A DNA stretch of 44,440 bases, from assembly GCF_001194135.2 (NCBI RefSeq), contig NC_068988.1, positions 18,636,787 through 18,681,226 on the forward strand, in the 5' to 3' direction. Source of the stretch: Octopus bimaculoides (taxonomy: Eukaryota). Numbering within the stretch: the first letter of the stretch is position 1; each line of letters starts with the position of its first letter. Made by a program: the position numbers and the translations under genes. Of the stretch, positions 13,771 through 24,885 are shown piece by piece. The notes beneath the pieces were generated by a model. The model made no database searches. It saw nothing but the letters and a program-made list of their open reading frames with translations, and had not been told where the DNA came from.

Positions 13771-13944
13771 CATATATATGACAGGCTTCTTTCAGTTTTC
13801 CATCTACCAAATCCACTCACAAGGATTTGGTCGGCCCGAGACTATAGTAAGAAGACATTTGCCCAAGGTGCCACGTAGTAGGAATGAACCCAGAACCATG
13901 TGGTTGGTAAGCAAGCTACTTACCACACAGCCACTCCTGCGCCT
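13512..13944 (-). mobile_element. tRNA-derived SINE family B, full length
   Basis: Head AGGCGCAGGAGTGGCTGTGTGGTAAG...GGTTC on the minus strand, (TAAAAGAG)n-type tail, and high identity to 24886-25279. Confidence 0.92.
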
Positions 13945-14351
13945 ACAATTTATGTAAGAATTTGGTATACCTATTACATGACTGATTAATTCTACCTTGG
14001 AGTTTGTCAATAAAACGGTAAATGAGGAAATATTTAGAAGAAAAATTTTTACACTCAGTCAAAACATACAACACAAAGAAAATATCTACTGGGCAAATTC
14101 TGTGAAATGATATTTTTCTTTTCTGTCCCTTGTCATTCAGATTTCCAAAACTTTCATTACAAATTGATTGTTAATTACACTGATTAATTTAATCTATTAG
14201 TTTGTCTGAGAATCATTGACTTCTTTGCTCCAAGATTAATATAGGAACATTTAACATGGATACATCTTAAAACATACACATTCACATACATACACGTGCA
14301 CATACATACACACACACGTATGTGTGTATATACATACATACATATATGTGT

Positions 14352-14383
<32 letters not shown>

Positions 14384-14684
14384 TATGACCACTACTGCTA
14401 CTGTCGCCATCACCACCACCATTTTAACTTCTAGTTTTTCATGATAGCATGGGGTTCAGATAATATATCCATGTGCGTGTGTATGCGTATGTGTGCACAT
14501 TTGGAAGTGCACATGCATGGGTGTATGTGCACATACTCATTGATTTTGTAATCACATAATACTTGATACATACACAGAAATACACATACAAACAGCATCA
14601 TTGCAACACGTACTCTGGTACTCAGAAACACATTCTCAGACACCACGTTGCAAAAACAACAAAGTAATAATAATAATAATAATG

Positions 14685-14726
<42 letters not shown>

Positions 14727-15654
14727 TCTTTCAAACAAAACTACATTATGAACTCCTGTCTAAACACAGCCATTATTGTTGATCCATTTGACGACTGAAT
14801 TAATTTGAAATACTTTTCTAATTTTTTTTCCCCCTCGTTATTTTAAAATCTAAGATAACTTTTTATTTCAAACTTTGCCATTGCTCTCTTCATAATCATT
14901 GCTGTCATGTTGTTGTTATTGTTGATGACAGTGATGATGATGATGATGATGACGATGACGATGACGATGACGATGATGACGCTGATAATGATGACGACTA
15001 CTGTGCTTGCCATTACTTACATTTACTCGCAAAGGCCTTCTTGCCCACCCCCACTTGAAGCAGCGTTGTCTGAATTAATTAAGATTTTCATCGATGATGA
15101 CTGTTATTGTTGTTGTTGTTGTTGTTGTCGTTGTTGTTGTTAAAGAACGATCTACGCATAATGAGATGGTTGGCAGGGTAACCGTGTAAGTAAATAGGGA
15201 CAGGGTGGGTCGACTGGGGTGAAGAAGGAAAGGGTTATGTTGAACTGGCAGAGTCCGACAGAATTCGACAGGAGTGGAGAAGGGAGCAAGGGGTTGGGAG
15301 TGGGGGTGGCCGTAATCAATTAAGTTACATGCTCCGTCTATAACCATAACAATAATATTAATATTATTAATAATTATTATGATTTCTATTGTTTCAACCT
15401 TGATTAACATTTTTTTCCATCTCTGGTTTCATTACCAAGCTTTGTTAAATATATATATATATGTATATATATGCATGCATATATGTATGTATATATATGT
15501 ATATGTATATATATTATATATTTTGTTTTATTTTTCCTTGCTTGTTTACTGTAAATTTTAAAAATTTTCCTTGCTTTATGTTGCTTTTTTGTGTTTTTTT
15601 AATATTTATTAGCTGTTTTTGTGTTTTTTGTTTCGTTTGTTTTTTCTTTAAGTT

Positions 15655-17391
15655 TCAACTACTCAGAGCTTCAAACTCATCGAAAGTCATTGAATCAAGT
15701 CTCCTGGGTGCTTGGTGCACAAGTGGCAGACCCGAATCTTCAGAATTATCATCATCTTCCGAGTTACTACTCGGTTGTAACTGGGGGCAGATCTCATCAT
15801 AAGAAGATGGCTTTTTCTCTATGTTAATGGCTTTAGATTGCTGTTGCTGTTGTTGTTGCTGTTGTTGTTGTTGTTGTTTTGTTCGTGGTGTAAATGTGGT
15901 CTTAGCCGGTGTCTTTGAAGACATGAAGGCCGACGATGCAAATGCGCTCAATGTAGGAACATAGCTCTTGTTATTAGCATCGTTCAAACTGAGTTTGTTA
16001 CCACATCCACTATTAATGTTGCTACAGCTGCCATTACTGCTGTTACTAGTATTACTACCCCCTCTTACTCCATGGTTGCTGCCATTCGCAGTTATGTTTG
16101 CGACTGTAGACGAAATACAACTAGTCGGGACCGAACCCCCCAAACTGAGGTTGTTCACGTGGATTTTGTTTTTCAACAAGTAATTTGATGTTGACGTGGT
16201 TATTGTTGTTGCGTTAGTTGATAAAGCTGTTGTTGCTGTCGTGGTGGTGGTTGTCGTTGATAATAAAGCCCCTGGGATCGGCGTTGTTGATAGTGCTGTT
16301 GCTGTGGTCGCCGTTGTTGTCGTTGCTGTCGTCACCATTTGACCAGGTGTTCCTTTGCCACTTGACATCCTACCTGACAAAGACGATGTCGAAGTAGAAG
16401 CTGAAAACGAGCAAGAAGACGACGACGACGATGAAGACGATGATGACGATGACAACGACAATGATGATAAAGGTGTGATGCGGTTACTTTCTGTTGACTG
16501 GTAACTTTCAATTGTCCCTGGTCGATGCTGCGTGGGATTCAACAAGGCCGAATTGGTTAAAGAAGAAGAATAATACATGTTATCCGATAGCTGGTTCCTC
16601 TTATTCAGCTGTTGTGTGTTTGCATTGCTATCTCTATAGTTTGAAGAAAGGCTGTCTAAGTCGGCCGACAGAGGGCGCGACGTTCTTGTGTATTTGGGCG
16701 GTGGATCCAACTTTGGTGCTACGTTTAGTTTCAATTCAAGGCGATTGCCACTTGCATCCTGAGCTGGTACTGGGGTAATGATTTTGATATCATCTCGTTT
16801 TTTAGGCGAACACTTTGTGAATGGGTTGTAGTTGTTGTTGTTGTTCATGTGGTATTCAATGTTGTTCATGGTCGTGGTGCTGTTGTTGTTGGCATTGGTG
16901 TTGTTGATGTTGTTGCTGTTGTTGTTGTTGTTACTGTTGTTGTTGTTGTTGTTGGTGCTGCCGCTACTACTGTTAATGCTAACACCATTACTGTTAATAT
17001 GAACTTTGTTGCTATTTACATGTTGTTGTTGTTGTTGTTGTTGTTGCTGTTTTTGTTGCTGCTGATATAGAGGAACATTGTGATTATGCAAATGTTGTTG
17101 TTGTTGCTGATTGTTGTGGCTCATTTTAATCTGTTGAGCCAATGGGTATCGGCAATAACTATTGTACTGCCAACTCTTAGAGTCCAAACCACTGGTCAGA
17201 TTGCAAGATAGACTATCAGACGACATTTCTCTGTGACCACTGTCCGGTGAATCTGTGTCTTGTTCTGTTTTAGTATTCTCAAACAAGGCAGTTTCCGGAA
17301 TTGAGTTCAAGTAGGTACTGTCTACATCCCGGAAGTCAGGCAAATAGACAGGACCAGACTGAGGGGTCGTCGGATCAGGCAAGACAGGAAT
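15655..17391 (-). CDS. NOS1AP: NOS1AP/CAPON-like protein, terminal coding exon (578 aa + TGA), low-complexity expanded C-terminus
   Basis: Acceptor ttttag|ATT at 17391 opens a 1737-nt reading frame to TGA at 15655-15657. It starts IPVLPDPTTPQ, matching the LPVLCDPTTP segment I recall from vertebrate NOS1AP. Phase 0 agrees with the upstream exon. Confidence 0.9.
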   Translation of the reverse strand: MPVLPDPTTPQSGPVYLPDFRDVDSTYLNSIPETALFENTKTEQDTDSPDSGHREMSSDSLSCNLTSGLDSKSWQYNSYCRYPLAQQIKMSHNNQQQQQHLHNHNVPLYQQQQKQQQQQQQQQHVNSNKVHINSNGVSINSSSGSTNNNNNNSNNNNNSNNINNTNANNNSTTTMNNIEYHMNNNNNYNPFTKCSPKKRDDIKIITPVPAQDASGNRLELKLNVAPKLDPPPKYTRTSRPLSADLDSLSSNYRDSNANTQQLNKRNQLSDNMYYSSSLTNSALLNPTQHRPGTIESYQSTESNRITPLSSLSLSSSSSSSSSSSSSCSFSASTSTSSLSGRMSSGKGTPGQMVTTATTTTATTATALSTTPIPGALLSTTTTTTTATTALSTNATTITTSTSNYLLKNKIHVNNLSLGGSVPTSCISSTVANITANGSNHGVRGGSNTSNSSNGSCSNINSGCGNKLSLNDANNKSYVPTLSAFASSAFMSSKTPAKTTFTPRTKQQQQQQQQQQQQQSKAINIEKKPSSYDEICPQLQPSSNSEDDDNSEDSGLPLVHQAPRRLDSMTFDEFEALSS

Positions 17392-18195
17392 CTAAAAGGA
17401 CACCAAAGAGAAAATGGATGAGATTTTTAAAATAATCAATATTTTAATCATGTAATACCCATCATACATAAATTATCAATATTAGGTTGTTATCCATCAC
17501 AACACCGCTGTAAAAATATTTGTTAATCATATATGTAGCTTCATAAATTCTTCAAAGTAAAAGGCTTTTTTTAAAACCTGTTGTGTTGTTTCTATGTTGA
17601 AAGACATACAGAAACACACACACACACACACACACATACAACCAAAATAAAAATAAAAAACAACTATATGTTTATATAATACATATAGACTTTGCTTGAA
17701 GTCTGTGTTGTGTTGTGTTGACAGATTTGCACTTAAAATTCCCACGTTTTTAATCAAAACTTGTTAGTTACTAAGGTGACAATGCAACCTATTTATCTAT
17801 CTTTTCGACACACACATGCTCTCTCTCTCTCACTGTATTCACTCTCAACAACTTTCTCTCCTCTCCTTCTCCCTCTCAACACAGATATTGTTACAGATAG
17901 ACAGACAGAGATTAGTTTCTCTTTTATAATATAAGATTTAGAATAACAGCTACTTATTGACCCTGTTGAGATTTTTTAAGGGTAGAGTGTTTACTTTATT
18001 AATGAAATAAAATTTTCTTATATGCAAAACTCATTTACTTACATACATAAACACATACACACATATATACAGTATAGCCACAACAACTTACTGGTCCTGC
18101 CACCCCCAGTTTAGTGTCTTTCCTCATCTATCAGAATCACTGAATTAAACAACAGAAAAGAAGGAGAATGAAGATTTCCAGTTTGTGTCACTTAC

Positions 18196-18336
18196 CTGTA
18201 ATGTTGTTTGATAAAGTTGCTCTGAACTTGCAGTAAATCCACCGGCCTTCATCTCTAGATCTTGCATCCGACTAATTAGCTGGGCCACGTGATCGAGAAG
18301 GTCCCGATTGTGAAGCAGTAACTGATGAGATCGAGC
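18196..18336 (-). CDS. NOS1AP: NOS1AP/CAPON exon, second half of the coiled-coil region (47 aa)
   Basis: Splice sites tttctag|...CAG|gtaag. Translates ARSHQLLLHNRDLLDHVAQLISRMQDLEMKAGGFTASSEQLYQTTLQ, against vertebrate ARVHQLLLQNKDMLQHISLLVKQVQELE. Too short to appear in the ORF track. Confidence 0.95.
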
Positions 18337-19246
18337 CTAGAAAGAAGACATTAAATTAGAGTTGTTTCTGTTTCCTTGTTACTGCTTTTGATTTCTTCCT
18401 CTCTTTTTCTGAATCTCTCTCACTCTCTATCAACCTCTCTCTGTATATTTCTCACTTTTCTTCATTCTTTATCTCTCTGTATATCTTTCACTCTTTTTCA
18501 TTCCCCACCTTATCTCTCACCTTTTCTTCTCCTGGAGATAGATACACATACTCACTTACACACACATGCAAACATGCACATACGCAAGCATGCACACACA
18601 CACACACACACGCATGCACGCACACAAACACACACATAATGTGCTTCCACACAGTTTCCATCAATCAACTTCACACACAAGGCATTGGACAGCTCAGGGC
18701 TACAGAAGACACATGCCCAAAGTACTTTGCAGTGAGACTGAACCCCAAATCATGTAGTTGCAAAGCAAGTTTCTTAACCACACAGCCACATTATCTGCAC
18801 ACACACACACACATGCTCATATTTTTTTTGGCGGAATTCTGGCTTAAGCTTCCCATATAACCCTTCATAGCTTTTCTATCCGAAAATGTTTGTGAATTTG
18901 TAATGTAGGAATTCATACCATTATGCAAAAAATATGTTTTTTGATGTTTTCAATATTTTTCTCTCTATAAACACATTTAATTGAATGATGATGCACTCAG
19001 GGGTGGTCCATTCCTGGGATTTAAGCACAGAATTCGGACTTTCCATATATTAAACTCTAATTTAAAAAAATAAATTTGAAAGAGATTGGAACTTTTAGGA
19101 TTTAAGGGAGGGGGTAAAAAATCTTAAAAAAAAAAAAAGGATTTTTTCTTATAATCATATGAATTCTCATGTGTTGAATACAAATTTTCAAAAGTTTTCT
19201 CACAATTCCCAAAAATTAAAAAGTTACAAGGGGTTACATAGGGTGC

Positions 19247-19833
19247 TTAACCCTTAAGCATTCAGATTATTCTGTCAGATGTAATGTTTGTTGATTTATA
19301 TTGTTTTAAATTAATCATGCCTGATCTTGTAGTCTAGAGATTCTGATGATGTGATTGTTACCTCTGCCTTCACTAAGGCAGAGGTATTGTTTACAGTCAC
19401 GTTTGTTTGTCCATGGACAAAATATCTCAAGAACCACTGGATGGATTCAGATGAAACTTTCAGGGATGTTTGGTCTCATGACTGACATGGACTGACTAGA
19501 TTTTGAGATTGATTGATTACTGTACAAAGATTCTGTCTTATTTTTCCGTTTTTTTTTTTTTTTACTTAATTTTTGAGAGCAGTCAGGTTCATTTTTAGTA
19601 TTCTCGTTTGTGAGAGCAGTCGAGTTTATTTCAGATATTCTCATTTTAGAAATCATCTCTGGCTAATCGTTGAGAGGACATTGGTGTTGCCTTGGAGGAG
19701 GTTTGCACTCTCTGAGTGCTCTTGTTTAGTTTTAGAATGACATTGTAGGGTTGGGGTTAGAAGCTGGACCTGGCCAGTTTCAACAATTATACATTTTGGC
19801 TGGATATAGCTGGTTTGAATGCTAAGGGGTTAA
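19247..19833 (+). mobile_element. piggyBac-like MITE copy 1, carrying a nested insertion
   Basis: TTAAcccttaagcattc ... gaatgctaaggggTTAA. Colinear with copy 2 except for the 19358-19726 insert. Confidence 0.8.
19358..19726 (+). mobile_element. Helentron-associated non-autonomous element (HINE/DINE-1-like)
   Basis: 5' hairpin ACCTCTGCC-ttcactaa-GGCAGAGGT, 3' sub-terminal inverted copy GGAGGAGGT, 3' hairpin GCACTC-tct-GAGTGC, and T-rich ends. It interrupts MITE copy 1. Confidence 0.7.
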
Positions 19834-19856
19834 ACCAGAATTACACCTTGCAGTGC

Positions 19857-20085
19857 TTAACCCCTTAGTATTCACATTATTCTGTCAAATGTAATGTTTG
19901 TTTATTCATATTGTTTTAAATTAATCATGCATTATCTTATGATTTAGAGATTTCGATAATGTGATTGTTTAGTTTCAGAATGACATTGCAAGGTTGAGGT
20001 GAGAGGCTGGATCTGGCCAGTTTCAACATAAAACAAGTTAAATATCTTGGCTGGAAATGGCCAGTTTGAATGCTAAAGGAGTTAA
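19857..20085 (+). mobile_element. piggyBac-like MITE copy 2
   Basis: TTAAccccttagtattc ... gaatgctaaaggagTTAA. Confidence 0.8.
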
Positions 20086-20687
20086 CCCTTTAGCATTTAA
20101 ACAGTCCATATCTGGCCAAAATATTCTGCCTGTTTAATGTTCAAACTGGCCAGATCTGGCCTCTCACACCTACTTTGCAATGTCATTCTTAAAATAGACA
20201 ACCACATCGTTGAGATCTCAAAGCTACAAGATAATGTGAGATTTATTTAAAACAATATGAATAAATAAACACTACTCTTGACAGAGTGGAGGCGCAATGG
20301 CCCAGTGGTTAGGGCAGCAGACTTGCGGTCATAGGATCGCGGTTTCGATTCCCAGACTAGGTGTTGTGAGTGTTTATTGAGCAAAAACACCTAAAGCTCC
20401 ACGAGGCTCCGGCAGGGGATGGTGGCGAACCCTGCTGTACTCTTCCACCACAACTTTCCCTCATTCTTTCTTCCTATTTCTGTTGTGCCTGTATTTCAAA
20501 GGGTCAGCCTTGTCGCACTGTGTCACGCTGAATATCCCTGAGAACTACATTAAGTGTACACGTGTCTGTGGAGTGCTCAACCACTTGCACGTTAATTTCA
20601 CGAGCAGGCTGTTCTGTTGATCGGATCAACTGGAACCCTCGACGGAGTGCAACTCTTGACAGAGTAATCTGAATGCTAAAGGGTTAA
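20082..20687 (-). mobile_element. piggyBac-like MITE copy 3 (inverted, shares TTAA with copy 2; SINE inserted)
   Basis: Reverse complement of copy 2, starting at the shared TTAA 20082-20085 and ending gaatgctaaagggTTAA at 20687. Confidence 0.8.
20288..20651 (+). mobile_element. tRNA-derived SINE family A with 14-bp TSD
   Basis: Head GGAGGCGCAATGGCCCAGTGG. TSD ACTCTTGACAGAGT at 20274-20287 and 20652-20665. Confidence 0.93.
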
Positions 20688-20753
20688 ACCAGAATTGTAC
20701 TTTTTTTTTTTTTTTTTTTGGTTACTTTGATTTTTAAATCTGAAAATTCTTAC

Positions 20754-21176
20754 CTGAGCTTCAATACGCGCGGCTGTCTCAGCGGCTAGTTGGTCCTTCA
20801 GGAGATGAACCTGAGCAATAGCAACTTGAGTTTGCTGCTGTTGCTGCTCAAGTTGCTGGCGTAGCAGTTGCATTTGGTGGTGCCGACTAAGGGGCATGTG
20901 TGCTTCCAGCTGACCGTAGTCCCCAAGTAGCACAGGTGAGCTGATTGGTGACACGATTGTCGTCCCACCTGTCGTCAACGTCTTTCCAGCCAAACTGACT
21001 CCGACATTGCTGACTCGGCCACTCACTCCACCTCCACCACTACTTCCACCAACACCACTTCCACTAATGCAACTACTACTACCACCAATACTACCACTAA
21101 TACTACCACCACTGACGACGTTCCCTCCACCAACCACTAAGCTACTATTACTGCCCCCTACTGTCATAGCAGCATT
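20754..21176 (-). CDS. NOS1AP: NOS1AP/CAPON exon: Gly/Ser-rich linker plus first half of the coiled coil (141 aa)
   Basis: Splice sites tttcag|AAT...CAG|gtaag. Ends [47 protein letters not shown], near-identical to the CAPON signature [47 protein letters not shown]. Confidence 0.96.
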
Positions 21177-21264
21177 CTGAAAATAAAAGAAAAAAGAAAG
21201 AGAAAGTAAGCCATCCATTAAATGGGTGAATAAAAGAATAAAATATAAAATCATCATCCTATAC

Positions 21265-21682
21265 AGGCACAGGTATGGCTGTGTGGTAACAAGTTTGCTT
21301 CCCAACCACATGGTTCTGGGTTCAACCCCTACTGCATAGCACCTTGGATAAGTGTCTTTTACTATAGCCTCATGAGTGGATTTGATAGACAGAAACTAAA
21401 AGAAGCCCATTTGTATGTGTAGATTGAAGCAGAAAGAATCCTGTTTTACACACACACACATGTATTTGTGTGTGTGTGTGTTTGTGTCTGTCCCCCAACG
21501 CCACTTGACAACTGGTGCAGGTGTGTTAATGTCCCTGTAACTTAGCAGTTCAGCAACAGAGGCTGACAGAGCAATTACCAGGTTTAAAAATTAAAGTACT
21601 GGGGTTTGATTCCTTTGACAAAAAATTCTTCAAAGTGGTGCTCCAGCATGGCAACAATCTAATGACTGAAACAAGTAAAAGA
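21265..21682 (+). mobile_element. SINE family B, diverged copy
   Basis: aggcacaggtatggctgtgtggtaac...gactgaaacaagtaaaaga, colinear with 40623. Confidence 0.85.
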
Positions 21683-21720
21683 TATATATATGTATGTGTA
21701 AATAACATACTTCCATACAG

Positions 21721-21948
21721 TTTCTTATTTCTTTACTGCCCACAAGGGGCTACACACAGAGGGGACAAACAAACGGATTAAGTCGCTTATATCGACCCCA
21801 GTGCGTAACTGGTACTTATTTAATCGACCCCGAAAAGATGAAAGGCAAAGTCGACCTTGGTGGAATTTGAACTTAGAACGTAGCGGTAGACAAAATACCT
21901 CTAAGCATTCCGTCCGGCGTGCTAACGTTTCTGCCGGTTAGTCACCTT
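21721..21948 (-). mobile_element. SINE family D copy
   Basis: Conserved family D block and tRNA-like head. Followed by a partial family B head at about 21946-22095. Confidence 0.85.
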
Positions 21949-22535
21949 CCATACAATTTCCATTTACCAAAATCATTCACAAGGCATTGGTCAGGCTGAG
22001 AATACTGCAGAAGTCACTTATCCAATGTGCCACAGACTGGAACTGAACTTGAGACTATGTGGTTGCAAACCAAGTTTCTTAACCACACAGCCATGTCTGA
22101 ACTTATTACAGAATTAATCAATATGAAACATCTCTAATTAATTGATAATAAAACAGTATTACTGTTATTGATTGTAAATATACAAATTTAATTTAATCAG
22201 TTATATTTTAATTAAATAAATATTTATATTTTGAAAGTATTCATTCCATTATTTTGTGTAAGTAACAATTTTTGAAAAGAAAAAAAAAAATCGAATATCT
22301 GTAGATAAAAGTATTTATGTAACACTTTTTGATATTTCACACTATAAAGGTTGTGAGCTGGCAGAACTGTTAGCATACTGAAGAGAAATGCTGCTAAGCA
22401 TTTTGTCCATTTTTATGATTTGAGCTCAAATTCTGTCAAAGTTGACTCTGCTTTTCAGCCTTTTAGAATTATCGAGAACTGAGGTTGCTGTAGTCAACTA
22501 GCTTCCTCCTAACAAATTTCAGACCTTGTGCCACC

Positions 22536-22655
22536 ACTGCCACCGCCACCACCACCGCCACCGCCACCACCACCACCACCACCACTACCACCATCATCAT
22601 CATCATCACCACCACCACCACCACCATCATCATCATCAGCAGCAGCAGCAGCAGT
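22536..22655. repeat. Compound (CCA)/(CAT)/(CAG) trinucleotide repeat
   Basis: Directly visible. It generates the spurious poly-P and poly-V ORFs. Confidence 0.9.
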
Positions 22656-23390
22656 ATCATTTAAAGTTCATTTTCCATGCTGGAATGTGTTGGATGGTTT
22701 GATAGGAGCTGGCTAGCTGAAGTGCTGCACAAGGCTCCAATTGTTTGTTATAGCATGGTTTCTATGGCACTATACCCTTCCTCATGCCAACCACTTTACA
22801 GAATGTATTGGGTGCTTTATACATGGCACCAACACATGTGCTTCATATGCAGCAGCAGCACTGCCACAAGGTGCTTTCAATGTGGCACTAACACAGAAAA
22901 AATATTACTCACAGTGACAATGTGTGTATCTCCAACATTAACTATCATAAGATGAGTAACACTTTGGCATATGGGTGTCAAACTCATTTCGTTTTGAGGG
23001 CTGGTTTGAAGTATAAATTAGATCTCAAGTGCCAAGTAGAGACCACTATTCCTAAAAGCCCTATTTGAAGTAAATGGACGAAGAGGTTAAAGAAAAAAAA
23101 TATGATGCGTTAGCAATGTTTGTGTGCAGAGATGTGTGAGAAGAATTCATTCACTTAGTGTGCGTGCATCCCACTAAGTTTCATCATGTTTTGCTGCTAA
23201 CACTGAGGAGGTAAGCCAGTATACAATGTAGGTAAGTGCCTTGCGTAATAACAATATCGAGTTACTGAAACATGTATGTTTTATAAAGCTTAACATAACA
23301 ATTACCTTTTCTGTGCTTATCATTACATATATATATACACACACATACAGGTATATGTACATATGTATATATATCTATGTCTATATGTGT

Positions 23391-23422
<32 letters not shown>

Positions 23423-23724
23423 GAGGGGATGTACAGTTTCTGTCCTCTCAGAAATATTTTGGTTCCTTTCCTGAAGGTTCTTACTGAAGTGCTGTCAAGC
23501 AGAGGGGTTGAACTTCATGTATCATGTTTGTAAACTAAACACCTGAAATCCACACACCCATTCCTGTGTTCTCTTTTGAGAAAACAGCACTACTCATTGA
23601 TAGACAAGAGACATATTTTTACTGATTGCAGCACATTCTTATTCTTTCTTATCCTTCACTTCCCTTTGTCTGTCTGTCTGTCTCTGTCATAATTAACACA
23701 CATTATACTAAAATATTCGCTTAC

Positions 23725-23876
23725 CGACTGCTTGCCAATAGGTGGTGCATGTGTTCCTTTAGTGAGGGTTAATTCACGGGGCGGTAAAATTTTATCATCT
23801 TTCAAACATTCCCTAGAGAGTTTCTTTTCATCTCGATTAGATAGCTTTAATTCCTGGCTATCAACCTGTTTCTTTG
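23725..23876 (-). CDS. NOS1AP: NOS1AP/CAPON internal exon (152 nt, linker between PTB and coiled coil)
   Basis: Poly-pyrimidine tract then cag|CA...TCG|gtaagc. Open frame xKKQVDSQELKLSNRDEKKLSRECLKDDKILPPRELTLTKGTHAPPIGKQS. Ends in phase 0, matching the next exon. Assigned by position and phase, not by recognised homology. Confidence 0.8.
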
Positions 23877-24885
23877 CTGAAAAATAAAAAAAACAAAAAA
23901 AAAAAACAAATAGTATGAAATAAAAATAAATGTAATAGAATAAATTTTAATTACCATAGTTCTGTAGGTTTTGCCTGTTGGTTAATGTTCAGTATTCTAA
24001 GATCTTTGATCTTATTGATTGACATAAACATTTGATGAAGTCTGTCACTTAATATTTGTTGAAGTTAGAAAAATAAAACACACAGCCAGTCCCTACCTAA
24101 ACAACCAGATATATATATTTAAATACATAAAGAAGTAAATGAATATATAAATACATAACTAAGTAAATAAAACAATAATGAGAAGAAAATAGCAGTGATT
24201 CTTAAATAGTTATTTGTAAATAAAATGTTAAATTGAAAATTGCAATAACTTCAGTTTGAGCTGAAGTAATTTAATTCAAAAGAAAAGGAAAAGATAAAAA
24301 TTAGTAAAAATAGAATATTTTACATTAAATATAAGAAATGATAATAAAAACATGGTTATTTATGTATAGAATTGAGAAAATCTCAGATCTGGCATGTTTC
24401 GTTTTCTTTCTATGTTTCCCAGATAAAATATGACAAATATTTGTTAAAGGGATGCTGTCAATATAAGTGTAAGTTTTACAGATGAACAAACGATTAGAAA
24501 ACATTACAGAATAAATACAGGTAATTGCTTTCTTTTTTAGAGTTAGTTCAATGTTGAAAGTAAATACAAAACGGTATGAAGAATAAATGAAGAATTTTTT
24601 TTCTTTTCTTGATTATATAAAATTTGTACTTCACCTAGGAGTATATACATGAATAGAGAATCATTGAAGAGAGTAGCAAATCAATAGAAAGCAGCAGTTA
24701 TAGAAAACAGGAATCATAGTGCCAATGACATTTTGAAGGTCCCATGAGGCTGGTGGGGGATAAGTGGGATAGAAACCAATACTCAGTAGTTGTCACATAG
24801 TTGTGTCCTTCATTGTTGCTGCTCTTTAAGTATATCTGTCGGTGCCTCGATAATAGTCTCAGACATGAGTTGACTTCCATCATAA

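Noticed and set aside
15510-15657. Stop-codon readthrough extension of NOS1AP
   Set aside because: The context is TGA-AAC, not the TGA-CTA(G) readthrough motif. The downstream frame is A-rich UTR-like sequence with no PDZ-type end.
18320-18345. Second CTGATGA...GAAA hammerhead-like string on the + strand
   Set aside because: No stem II or stem I pairing. It is the antisense of codons in a conserved NOS1AP exon.
23955-24045. Possible extra exon just upstream of exon 23725-23876 (ATG|gtaat donor)
   Set aside because: The only long open frame ends in phase 2, which is incompatible with the phase-1 acceptor at 23876. The compatible frame has a stop.
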